IMG/VR virus record: IMGVR_UViG_3300037071_003688
Length of the DNA: 64,000 nucleotides
From: a virus
Strand: one strand, 5' to 3'
The notes beneath the pieces are model-generated. The model did not search any database. It was not told the origin of the DNA and saw only the letters and a program-made list of their open reading frames with translations. Position 1 is the first letter of the stretch. The number at the start of each line of letters is the position of its first letter. Made by a program: the position numbers and the translations under genes. Of this stretch, positions 54,644 through 63,037 are shown piece after piece.

Positions 54644-54988
54644 GTAGTTGGACATGGAAACCACCACCTACATCACCACCACGACCGGATGGATCGTGTC
54701 GAGCGACGGCCGGATCTGGGGCACCCGATAATGGCCGGGATTGACGAGCGCCGGGTCACCGCCACCTCGGCGAAACGCTGCTATTCCTCATCACCACGCT
54801 GTACGGGATCAGCTTGATGGCGGCGTGGTCCAAGATCGTTAAGTTGGAACGTCGTGTCGAGGAACTCGAAACCGCCGCTGACGATGACGAGCCGGTCTGA
54901 TACCATCAACGGCATGACGAACTTCGTGTCACGTGCCCGATATACGGGTCGACATTCGAGTTCTTCCGCGTCGTCCCGTTGATCCAAC

Positions 54989-55072
54989 GGAGAGGTGCGC
55001 GAGTCAGGTAACCGGCCCGATTGCTAATCGGAGGCGCCTTCGGGTTCGTGGGTTCGAGTCCCACCCTCTCCG
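54989..55072 (+). tRNA. tRNA-Ser(GCT)
   Basis: loop TTGCTAA, long variable arm. Confidence 0.88.
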
Positions 55073-55076
55073 CCCA

Positions 55077-55164
55077 GGAGGGCGCCGCACATGCGTTGTG
55101 CGACCTGTCTCGAAAACAGGGAAGGTGCCTCACGGTAGGGGTTCGATTCCTCCGCCCTCCGCCA
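55077..55164 (+). tRNA. tRNA-Ser(CGA)
   Basis: CCTGT-CTCGAAA-ACAGG, variable arm, encoded CCA. Confidence 0.85.
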
Positions 55165-55219
55165 CCCCGCTTATAGGGGAACGACATCGCGAAATCTCGC
55201 GAGGAATCTGAGAAATCTT

Positions 55220-55303
55220 GGGTGACCGCCACCGGTGGTGAGGTGGGGCTGGCTGTAAACCAGTTGTCATTCGACTTGGGGGGTTCGAGTCCCTCGTCAC
55301 CCA
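55220..55303 (+). tRNA. tRNA-Tyr(GTA)
   Basis: GCTGG-CTGTAAA-CCAGT, variable arm. Confidence 0.85.
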
Positions 55304-55305
55304 CT

Positions 55306-55378
55306 GTGGCCGTAGTGTCAGTGGTTAGCACACCGGGATGTGGCCCCGGTAGGGCGAGTTCAAGTCTCGCCGGTCACC
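55306..55378 (+). tRNA. tRNA-His(GTG)
   Basis: CCGGG-ATGTGGC-CCCGG, C73. Confidence 0.85.
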
Positions 55379-55764
55379 GAAGTCATAGCGCGACGCTTCG
55401 CGTACCAGGCTCGCTTTGCAGCGTTGTGTGCGTCAGCGCATCGGCGACACCGGCACTTTCGTTTGGTGTATCCACCAGCAGTCCCGTGCTGGATGGGCGT
55501 TGCCGCGCGCCAGGCTGCCGTCTTCGCTCGATGACAGACGTGACAAAGGACTTGGCATTTCGCCAGTTCGGCGGCGCGACGTTGCTCGGACCACGACCAA
55601 ACGTTGTGGGTCACCTTGGTTGCTGGATCGACGTGGTCGACTTCGAGATCCTCGGACGAACCGCATGACGCGCAAGGCCCATGCTCGGCAATCCACGCGG
55701 ACCGTCGACCAGCGGCGTACTCGCGCTGATACTGCCGTTGGCGGTCAGGATCCAGATAGGTCAC
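55360..55764 (-). CDS. HNH endonuclease
   Basis: CASCGS..LEVDHVDP..KCQVLCHVCH; HGT..GY...CRC..C. Confidence 0.88.
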   Translation of the reverse strand: MTYLDPDRQRQYQREYAAGRRSAWIAEHGPCASCGSSEDLEVDHVDPATKVTHNVWSWSEQRRAAELAKCQVLCHVCHRAKTAAWRAATPIQHGTAGGYTKRKCRCRRCADAHNAAKRAWYAKRRAMTSVTGET

Positions 55765-55911
55765 CGGTCACCCTCAGCATCGGATGGTTCTCGCGCTGGC
55801 ACCATCCGATGATCGCCAGGTCCTCGCGTGTCAGGTCCTCCCGGTTGATGAGCCTCGATGCGCAGCGACGCATGTCGAGTTCGGACGGAGGGAGCGCGCC
55901 GTAGGTGTCTC

Positions 55912-56187
55912 TCACGGTCCCCCGATTCGGATGCGCGGTTTGCCGCGCCGCTTGAGGGGTAATGTCGCCTCATGCTTTGGACGATCCTGGTCATCCTCGC
56001 CATCGTGGCGCTGGTGTTGTTCATCCTCGGGTATCGCCGCCGCTCCTGACGCCACTGGCGGCCAGGCGAGCGTGAACGGGCACCCGGCCTCCTCCCACGC
56101 GGCTGCTTCCTCCGGGGATCCGAACTGCAACACGATCGTGCGTTGCGACTCCGGGTACCGCTTGCCCTGAATGATCGAACCGCTCAC
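55912..56187 (-). CDS. hypothetical protein
   Basis: GTGA-coupled to the upstream ORF. Confidence 0.5.
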   Translation of the reverse strand: MSGSIIQGKRYPESQRTIVLQFGSPEEAAAWEEAGCPFTLAWPPVASGAAAIPEDEQHQRHDGEDDQDRPKHEATLPLKRRGKPRIRIGGP

Positions 56188-56564
56188 GCGTCGGGACTCC
56201 GCATCTCATCGGTGAGTTGTTGTTCCTTGCGGCGCGCGAAGTCGGCCATCCACTTGTCGGGGTCGTCGGTCATGATGATCCCCGCCGAGATCCGCGAGCG
56301 GGCGTACGCCTCGGCCATCTTCGTCATCGCGATCATCTGCTTCTGCATGTCGGCGAGACCGTTGATCAACACCGCGAGGGTCGCCGCTTCGTCGGGGGAG
56401 GCGAGCGCGTGACGAATCACGTAGTGGAAGGCGGGACCCTCCTGGTCGACCTCGGCGAGCCGCTCGTAGTTCTCGGCCATGAACCGGGCGACCTGCTCGG
56501 CCAACGGATTGTGGCTGATCCCGTGGTACCAGTAGCTATAGGTCGTTCCCGGCGTGGTGCTCAT
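56184..56564 (-). CDS. hypothetical protein
   Basis: codon bias; promoter motif at 56573-56594 (-). Confidence 0.7.
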   Translation of the reverse strand: MSTTPGTTYSYWYHGISHNPLAEQVARFMAENYERLAEVDQEGPAFHYVIRHALASPDEAATLAVLINGLADMQKQMIAMTKMAEAYARSRISAGIIMTDDPDKWMADFARRKEQQLTDEMRSPDA

Positions 56565-56608
56565 GTCGATCCATCGTAAACAACCGCGGCGACAACTACG
56601 GTCGCGTC

Positions 56609-57217
56609 ATGGCCATCGGTCAACGGGACACGTACGGTCGGATTGTCAACACCGGCGCGCTGCTTCAACAACTCTGCGCTCGGTGCGGCACTTCGTTCAC
56701 CGTGTTCCGGAGCGATGTGAACCGTGGACGTCGCTTCTGCTCACCGAAATGCGCAGGCGTGGATCTGTCCGAGCACCGGCGCGGTCCGACTCACCACCGC
56801 TACCGGCGAGCGACGACACGCTGTGAGATCTGCGGCGTCGCCTTCGAGCACGTGCCAGCCAAGCGTCGGCGGTTCTGCTCGAAGTCCTGCTCGAACAGAT
56901 CCCGCAAGTACCCAAGTGGGTCGGCGAACCCGAACTGGCGGGGCGGCGTGGCAGCCCGGTGGCGGAACTTCTACCTCACCCCCGAATGGATCGCCGTTCG
57001 CGACGCCGTGCTTCAACGTGACGGATGGCGCTGTCAGCACACCGGATGCCCGGGACGGCGAGGGAAGTTGCACGTGCATCACATCATCCATCTCGGAGAT
57101 GGCGGCGCTCCGTATAACGACGCCAACCTAATCACGCTCTGCGGTGGTTGCCACACGGGGCACCATCGGCGAGGCGACGTGCTTGTGTTCGATCCGCCCC
57201 GACCGGGGGTGCAGTGA
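56609..57217 (+). CDS. HNH endonuclease with N-terminal zinc-finger repeats
   Basis: CxxCG..F...FCS..C twice, NPNW.GG, RD...CQ..LHVHHI..NL.TLC..CH. Confidence 0.9.
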   Translation: MAIGQRDTYGRIVNTGALLQQLCARCGTSFTVFRSDVNRGRRFCSPKCAGVDLSEHRRGPTHHRYRRATTRCEICGVAFEHVPAKRRRFCSKSCSNRSRKYPSGSANPNWRGGVAARWRNFYLTPEWIAVRDAVLQRDGWRCQHTGCPGRRGKLHVHHIIHLGDGGAPYNDANLITLCGGCHTGHHRRGDVLVFDPPRPGVQ

Positions 57218-57552
57218 TGCCAATGGGACCGTACCGGAACTTTGCGGACTGCGTCGCCAAGAACCAGGACAAGGCCAACCCGGAGGCGTATTGCGGCAAG
57301 ATCAAGCACCAGGCCGAAGGCGCCGTGTTCGCCACCGGGCGCGGCGCGCAGGACGGCGACTGGGTGCGCGCCCGGCCGATGAGCATCGAGGACACGGGGG
57401 ACATGATCGTCGGCGGCGCCCCCCACCCGGCGCCGGTCACCGGGCTGCTCACCATCGTGCGCTCGAAGCTCCCGGGCGTGTCGCGCTACTCGGTCGCCGG
57501 TCTCACCGTCGACCCGGCGACGATCACCGTCGTGGCTCCACCATCGCAATAG
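57217..57552 (+). CDS. small head-module protein
   Basis: MP.GPY..F.DCV..N.DK..PEAYCG.I N-terminus; lies before the 2H/protease/MCP genes. Confidence 0.65.
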   Translation: MPMGPYRNFADCVAKNQDKANPEAYCGKIKHQAEGAVFATGRGAQDGDWVRARPMSIEDTGDMIVGGAPHPAPVTGLLTIVRSKLPGVSRYSVAGLTVDPATITVVAPPSQ

Positions 57553-57562
57553 CCTGCGTTCG

Positions 57563-58699
57563 ATGGGCGCAGTGATCGTGCTACTCCCCGCCGACCCGGC
57601 GGCGCTCGCAGCGGACGACGGCGACCCGGCGGAGGAACTCCACGTCACCCTGCTGTACCTGTCCGACGAGACGCTGCCGCCCGACCAGTACGCGCTCGTG
57701 TCCGAAGCTGTCGCCTCGTGCGCGTCGATGCCGCCGATCGACGCCGACGTGTCCGGCGCCGGGATGCTCGGCAAGGACGCCGCGATCGTGCTGATCCTCG
57801 AATCGCAAGAGATCATGGATGTGCGCGCGCAACTCAAGGACGCCTGCGCGGCGTTGATGAACGACGCCGTCCAGTTCCCGTCGTTCATCCCGCATCTCAC
57901 CATCGGCTACGCCGACTCCGTCGAGCACGGCCAATCCCTCCTCGATCACTGCCTGCCGATGGTCGGCGACGTGATCACGCTCGACCGCCTCGCCTGCTTG
58001 AACGGCGACGAACGCCACGAAACCCCGCTCGGCGCCGCCGCCGAACCCGCCGAGGTCGACATCGAGTCCGATGTCTACTCGGAACCGATCTTCACATTCG
58101 CCGCCCCGGCAGCGGTCCCGCCGCCGGTGCCGGGCGCGGCTGCTCCCGCCCCGGGTCCCGCCCCGGGCGCGGGAGCACGTCCGAAGCGACAGGTGATCCT
58201 GGTCGGGATGCCGGTGGTCGATCCGAGCAAGGTGCCGTACAAGCCGACCGGCCTGCCGTACCAGTCACCGGAGCCGTACGTCGCGCTGCTCGAAGTCAAG
58301 CTCCGCCAGAACGAGGTCCCCGAGCAACTCGCCCAGGTGCTCGGGGACGTCCACCCGCCACCCGCCACGTCGACGGCGACGAAGTCGCTGACCGCATCGG
58401 ACACACGCCCGGCACGACGCGCGGTGCTGATGGACCCGGCACCATTGGCCGCGGCGTCCGACGCGATCAAGGCCGCGCTCGAACCGTACGGCACGACCGT
58501 CGATGACTACCCGTTCGTCGTGCAACTCGGCAACGAAGGCATCAGCAAAGCGGACGTGGTGGCATTGAAGGGCCAAGCGGTCGACTTCGCCGGACTGATC
58601 GCAGTCCTCCCGGACGGCACCGTGATCCACGAGGACAAAGGCCAGAGCGCGCCATCGACCACTGAGCCGACGACGGCCGATACTGTTGCGGCGACGTAG
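57563..58699 (+). CDS. 2H phosphoesterase (2'-5' RNA ligase-like)
   Basis: two HxT motifs: LHVTL and PHLTI. Confidence 0.85.
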   Translation: MGAVIVLLPADPAALAADDGDPAEELHVTLLYLSDETLPPDQYALVSEAVASCASMPPIDADVSGAGMLGKDAAIVLILESQEIMDVRAQLKDACAALMNDAVQFPSFIPHLTIGYADSVEHGQSLLDHCLPMVGDVITLDRLACLNGDERHETPLGAAAEPAEVDIESDVYSEPIFTFAAPAAVPPPVPGAAAPAPGPAPGAGARPKRQVILVGMPVVDPSKVPYKPTGLPYQSPEPYVALLEVKLRQNEVPEQLAQVLGDVHPPPATSTATKSLTASDTRPARRAVLMDPAPLAAASDAIKAALEPYGTTVDDYPFVVQLGNEGISKADVVALKGQAVDFAGLIAVLPDGTVIHEDKGQSAPSTTEPTTADTVAAT

Positions 58700-58755
58700 T
58701 TACACGGGTGCGGTTTCGGGTGTCCGGGCCGCATCCGCTGCAACAGGAGGATGCC

Positions 58756-60708
58756 ATGACAGCACCAGCCTCAACGACCGCCGCCAAGCCCGGCGACCGT
58801 TTCCGCGCCGCCGCCGCAGCCAAGCGTGCCACGTTCGCCGACCCGATGGCCGGTGACCCGATGGCCGGTGACGCGCCCGCCGAGCCAACCGGGGCAGCGA
58901 TCACGCTCGGACTGGTGGCCGAGGACGGCACACCGATCGGCGACATCGGCACCATCAACTACGACGGCGACCCGTCCGAGGTCGACGCCGCGCTCGCCGG
59001 TGTCTCGATCGTGTTCACGTCACCAGATGTCGTTGACCTCGCGCCGCTGCAATCGGCGTTGGAGGGTTTGGGAATCACCGAGGCACAGTTGAACAGCGCA
59101 CCCCCGGACGGGATCCCGGCCGAGGGTGGGACCTACACCGTCGCCGTCGTTGGGGGTGACGGCGGCGGCGGTGATGTCCCCGCTGACGTCCCGGCCCCCG
59201 AGTTCTCGTGGCGTCGGGCGGGCGACTTCGGCGCGGTCGCGGTCACCGACGACCCGAAGGCGCCCCGCTGGCAAGGTCTGCTCGTGGTCGAAGGCATCAA
59301 GTCCGGCGACGGACGCCAGATCGACTTTGAGGCGTTGACGTGGCGGAACCTGCCGCTGCCCTTGATGATGATGACCCGCAACCCAGTCGGCGGCGAAGGC
59401 CACGACGGAGCGGAACTCGCCGGACGGATCGACAAGATCGAACGCAAGGACAACGGCGAGATCTGGGGCAGCGGCATCCTCGACTCCGGGTCCGAAGCTG
59501 GCAAGGAAGCGATGCGGCTGCTCACCCCCGACGCTGACGGCTTCACGTTGCTGCGCGGCGTGTCCGTCGATCTCGATGACGTCGAGATGGCATTCGAGGG
59601 ACCCGAAGGCATCATCGACATCGGCGACCTCGGCATGTCGGCACCGATGAAGGTCGCCAAGGGCCGCATCATGGGCGCGACGTTGACGCCGTTCCCCGCG
59701 TTCCAAGAGGCACAAGTCACGCTCGTGTCCGACAACGCGCTGATCGCGGCGATCACCGGTGGCGGCTGCGACTGCGACCATGAGGCAGCGATGGTCGCCT
59801 CCGCTGGCGAACCGATGAAGGGCGCCCAGGTCCGGGTGTTCACACCATTCGGCGCCGACGCTCTCGTCGCCTCGGCCGGTTCGGCGCCGGTCATCCCGCT
59901 GCGCCCACCTGTCGCCTGGTTCGAGTGCCCGGCGCACGACGCCATCGCCGACGAGTCGGTTCGGATCACGAGCGACGGCCGCATCTACGGCCTCGCCGCC
60001 GACGACAAGTCGTGCCACATCGGCTTCGCCGATCGTTGCGTGCGGACACCCAAGTCGCGCGCCAACTACCGCTACTTCGCGAACAAGCAATGCGAGACCG
60101 CCGAAGGGATCATGGTCGCCTCGGGTCCGATCTTCATGGACACCGTCCACCCATCGTTGAAGTTGAAGGCATCGGACGCGCAGGCGTTCTACGCCCACAC
60201 CGGATGCGCTGTCGCGGACGTCGCCGTGTACGACACGCCGAAGGGCATGTACGTCGCCGGTGCCGTGCGACCATCCGCTACGCCCGACCAGATCCGTGCC
60301 CTGCGCGGCTCGGACATCTCGCCCGACTGGCGCATCATCCAAGGCCACCTCGAATGCGTCGCGCTGCTCGCCGTCAACACGTCCGGCTTCATCACCCCGG
60401 CGCTCGTCGCGTCGGCCGGTGAAGCCGCGCTCGACGGCGCGGTCAAGCCCGGCAAGGTCGCTGTCGAGGTGTCGTTCGAGACCGGCGAGATCCTGGCGCT
60501 CGTGGCGGCAGGCATGAAGCCGCACACCGGCTCCGGTGTCGCCGCGCTCTCGGCCGAGGTCGAGACACTGCGCGCGCAGGTCGAGACGCTGATGGCGACG
60601 CAACTCGCCGAACGCAAGGCAGCCGCGCTCGGCAAGCTGCAAGCCCGCCGCCAACGCGCGCTCGACGCCCGGTTCGCCGAGGCACGCCAGCGGTTTACGC
60701 GCAAGTGA
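58756..60708 (+). CDS. capsid maturation (prohead) protease, apparently with two protease-like domains
   Basis: EG..SGDGR..GHDG...GRI..GVSVDLD..GATL..PAF, then GRIYG..CHIG..H..S.DWR..LAVN..GF; upstream of the MCP; AGGAGG RBS. Confidence 0.8.
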   Translation: MTAPASTTAAKPGDRFRAAAAAKRATFADPMAGDPMAGDAPAEPTGAAITLGLVAEDGTPIGDIGTINYDGDPSEVDAALAGVSIVFTSPDVVDLAPLQSALEGLGITEAQLNSAPPDGIPAEGGTYTVAVVGGDGGGGDVPADVPAPEFSWRRAGDFGAVAVTDDPKAPRWQGLLVVEGIKSGDGRQIDFEALTWRNLPLPLMMMTRNPVGGEGHDGAELAGRIDKIERKDNGEIWGSGILDSGSEAGKEAMRLLTPDADGFTLLRGVSVDLDDVEMAFEGPEGIIDIGDLGMSAPMKVAKGRIMGATLTPFPAFQEAQVTLVSDNALIAAITGGGCDCDHEAAMVASAGEPMKGAQVRVFTPFGADALVASAGSAPVIPLRPPVAWFECPAHDAIADESVRITSDGRIYGLAADDKSCHIGFADRCVRTPKSRANYRYFANKQCETAEGIMVASGPIFMDTVHPSLKLKASDAQAFYAHTGCAVADVAVYDTPKGMYVAGAVRPSATPDQIRALRGSDISPDWRIIQGHLECVALLAVNTSGFITPALVASAGEAALDGAVKPGKVAVEVSFETGEILALVAAGMKPHTGSGVAALSAEVETLRAQVETLMATQLAERKAAALGKLQARRQRALDARFAEARQRFTRK

Positions 60709-60770
60709 ACATCCGCTGACAATCTGTCAACTCACTTTCACCGCGCTCCGTCACCAGCTATCCTGGTGTT

Positions 60771-60998
60771 ATGCGCGTAACTGTCGCGGTGCGTGAGATC
60801 CGGAGTGGGGACGCGATCCTCATCGAAGGTCGGGACAAGCCGTACATCGTCGCGAGCGTGCAGAGGTTCCGCGGGTTGACGTCGATCACCGCGTGTGATC
60901 CTGACTCGGTCGCGGTCGGCGCCTGCGGCGAGGAGTACCCAACGGACTGCGTCACGTTCGTGTTGGACGACTCCGACCGCGCTGCCGTCCTCGTGTAA
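60771..60998 (+). CDS. small hypothetical protein
   Basis: fills the gap between protease and MCP. Confidence 0.45.
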   Translation: MRVTVAVREIRSGDAILIEGRDKPYIVASVQRFRGLTSITACDPDSVAVGACGEEYPTDCVTFVLDDSDRAAVLV

Positions 60999-61169
60999 CC
61001 GCGGTACCCCGCGGGATTCTCGCGGGGTATCCACCATTCGTGTAACCACATCGCTGTAACTTCGCGTCCGATCGACGCGCGTAGTTCCGTCGTGAGCGAG
61101 CGGCCTAGCCGTCCCGCGGTGAGCAGATCCACCGCCCGCGAGGGCTTACACGACGCAGGAGCACGACGC

Positions 61170-62930
61170 ATGGACGTCATCAACTTCCCACAGGACCTCA
61201 CGCAACTCGAACCCGATCAGTTGACGGCGTTGGAGCAGCAGATCAACTCGCGCGGCGAAGAACTCTCCGACGCCGAGTCCTCGCCCGAGTCGGTCGATGA
61301 ACTCGAACTGCTCTCGCAGCAGGCCGACGCGATCGACGCCGAGAACACCCGCCGTGAGACCGAGCGGGCAGACCTCGACGGCCGCAAGGAAGCCGCCGCC
61401 GGGCGCTTCAAGAAGGACCTCGCCGACCCGACCGAGGGCGACCAGGTCACCATCGGCGAGAACGAGGAGGACCTGGACGAGGACGGCAAGCCGAAGGCCA
61501 AGGCCAAGGTCGAAGCCGCACCCGAGCCTGCGATCATCGACCAGATCGCCGCCGCCGTGTCGGCCGGGGTCACCCAGGCGCTCGCCATCGCCGGGGTCAC
61601 GATGCCGAACGGCAAGGGCGGGGTGCCGGGCAACGTCGCCGCCCTCTCAGCCCGCCAGTCGGCCCGCTCGAAGGTCCGCGAAGCCAGCAACGACGCCTTC
61701 ATGGTGGCGACGGCGCACGCCCCGCACATGCGCGAAGGCACCCCGTTCGAGGACCCGTTGGCCGTCGCCTCGGCGATCGTCAACAAGCGTCTCAGCCTGA
61801 CGTCGGTGCCGGGCGGCACGCGCGACTTCGTGTCGATCGCCCACACCGACAAGTTCATCGAGGGCGAGCACCTGTCGCAGATGGACGCGGCGGAGAACTT
61901 CCGCATCCTGCGCGACGTCCAGGTCGGAGCGCCGAAGGCACTCGTTGCCTCCGGTCACGCCTGCGCCGAGTACGCCCCGAGCTACGAGTTCTTCCGCCTC
62001 GCGGAGCCGCAGAACCCGTTTGAGCAGGGGACCAACGTCGTGCAGGCGCCTCGTGGCGGCATCAACTACATCGTGCCGCCGTCCGTCGCCGCCGCCGCCG
62101 CCGCCATCGACATCTCGGCCCAGGACCGCAACTTCGCAGCGTCGTTCGTGCAGTTCTCGGCCGGTCCGAAGGCGTGCATCACGGTGTCGTGCCCGAGCAC
62201 CTCGTCGGCCGAGGTGTCGGCCGTGTCGCAATGCGTCACGTTCGACAACCTCAACTACAAGGTGTTCCCGGAGCAGGTGTCGGCGTTCCTTGAGGACGTC
62301 GCCGTCCAGTTCATGTCGACCAAAGAGGTGTTCTACCTCGACTACGTCAACTCGAACTCGACGGCGGTCACCGGCAACTACTGCTACGGCTTCTCGCGCA
62401 GCCTGCTGCACGACTGGGTCACGGCCACGGTCGGCTACCGCAAGCGTCACGGCATGGCGTCGGACGCGACGATGCAAGTCGCCGCTCCGGACTGGGCGCG
62501 TGAGGCCGTCAAGCTCGACATGGCGATGGACGGGTACCAAGGTCTGTCGTTCTTCGACATCACCGACAACCACATGAACGCTGCCCTGTCGGCCCGCAAC
62601 ATCGACGCCATCTGGTACAACGACAACCCGACCGGGGTGTTGCCGAACCAGAAGTTCAACGGCGCCCAGGCGGTCGGTGGCCTCAACCAGTTCCCGACGA
62701 AGGTCAAGGCGTTCATCTACGCACCAGGGACGTTCGTCCGCCTCGACGGCGGCACGCTCGACGTCGGCCTCGTGCGTGACAGCACGCTCAACCGCACCAA
62801 CGACCTGCAACTGTTCATGGAGGAGTGGATCGGCATCGCGAAGCTCGGCTTCGAGTCGGTCGGCCTCCTGAGCACGCTGTGCGTCAACGGCTCGGGTCCC
62901 GCCGGTGTCACGCCTTGCACCTGCCCCTGA
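61170..62930 (+). CDS. major capsid protein with an N-terminal scaffold-like acidic coiled coil
   Basis: ALVASG..CA, RGGI.Y, K.C..V.CP, GTF..LDGGTLDVG.VRDSTLN.TND...F.E motifs of actinophage HK97-fold MCPs. Confidence 0.88.
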   Translation: MDVINFPQDLTQLEPDQLTALEQQINSRGEELSDAESSPESVDELELLSQQADAIDAENTRRETERADLDGRKEAAAGRFKKDLADPTEGDQVTIGENEEDLDEDGKPKAKAKVEAAPEPAIIDQIAAAVSAGVTQALAIAGVTMPNGKGGVPGNVAALSARQSARSKVREASNDAFMVATAHAPHMREGTPFEDPLAVASAIVNKRLSLTSVPGGTRDFVSIAHTDKFIEGEHLSQMDAAENFRILRDVQVGAPKALVASGHACAEYAPSYEFFRLAEPQNPFEQGTNVVQAPRGGINYIVPPSVAAAAAAIDISAQDRNFAASFVQFSAGPKACITVSCPSTSSAEVSAVSQCVTFDNLNYKVFPEQVSAFLEDVAVQFMSTKEVFYLDYVNSNSTAVTGNYCYGFSRSLLHDWVTATVGYRKRHGMASDATMQVAAPDWAREAVKLDMAMDGYQGLSFFDITDNHMNAALSARNIDAIWYNDNPTGVLPNQKFNGAQAVGGLNQFPTKVKAFIYAPGTFVRLDGGTLDVGLVRDSTLNRTNDLQLFMEEWIGIAKLGFESVGLLSTLCVNGSGPAGVTPCTCP

Positions 62931-63037
62931 CGATCCCTGACACAACTCAACAGTGACGGACACGGCGAGGGTGCCACCTGTGCAGCCGGGTGGCACCCGA
63001 ACCGTCCCCGTCCACCATCGAGAACCAGGAGTGAATC

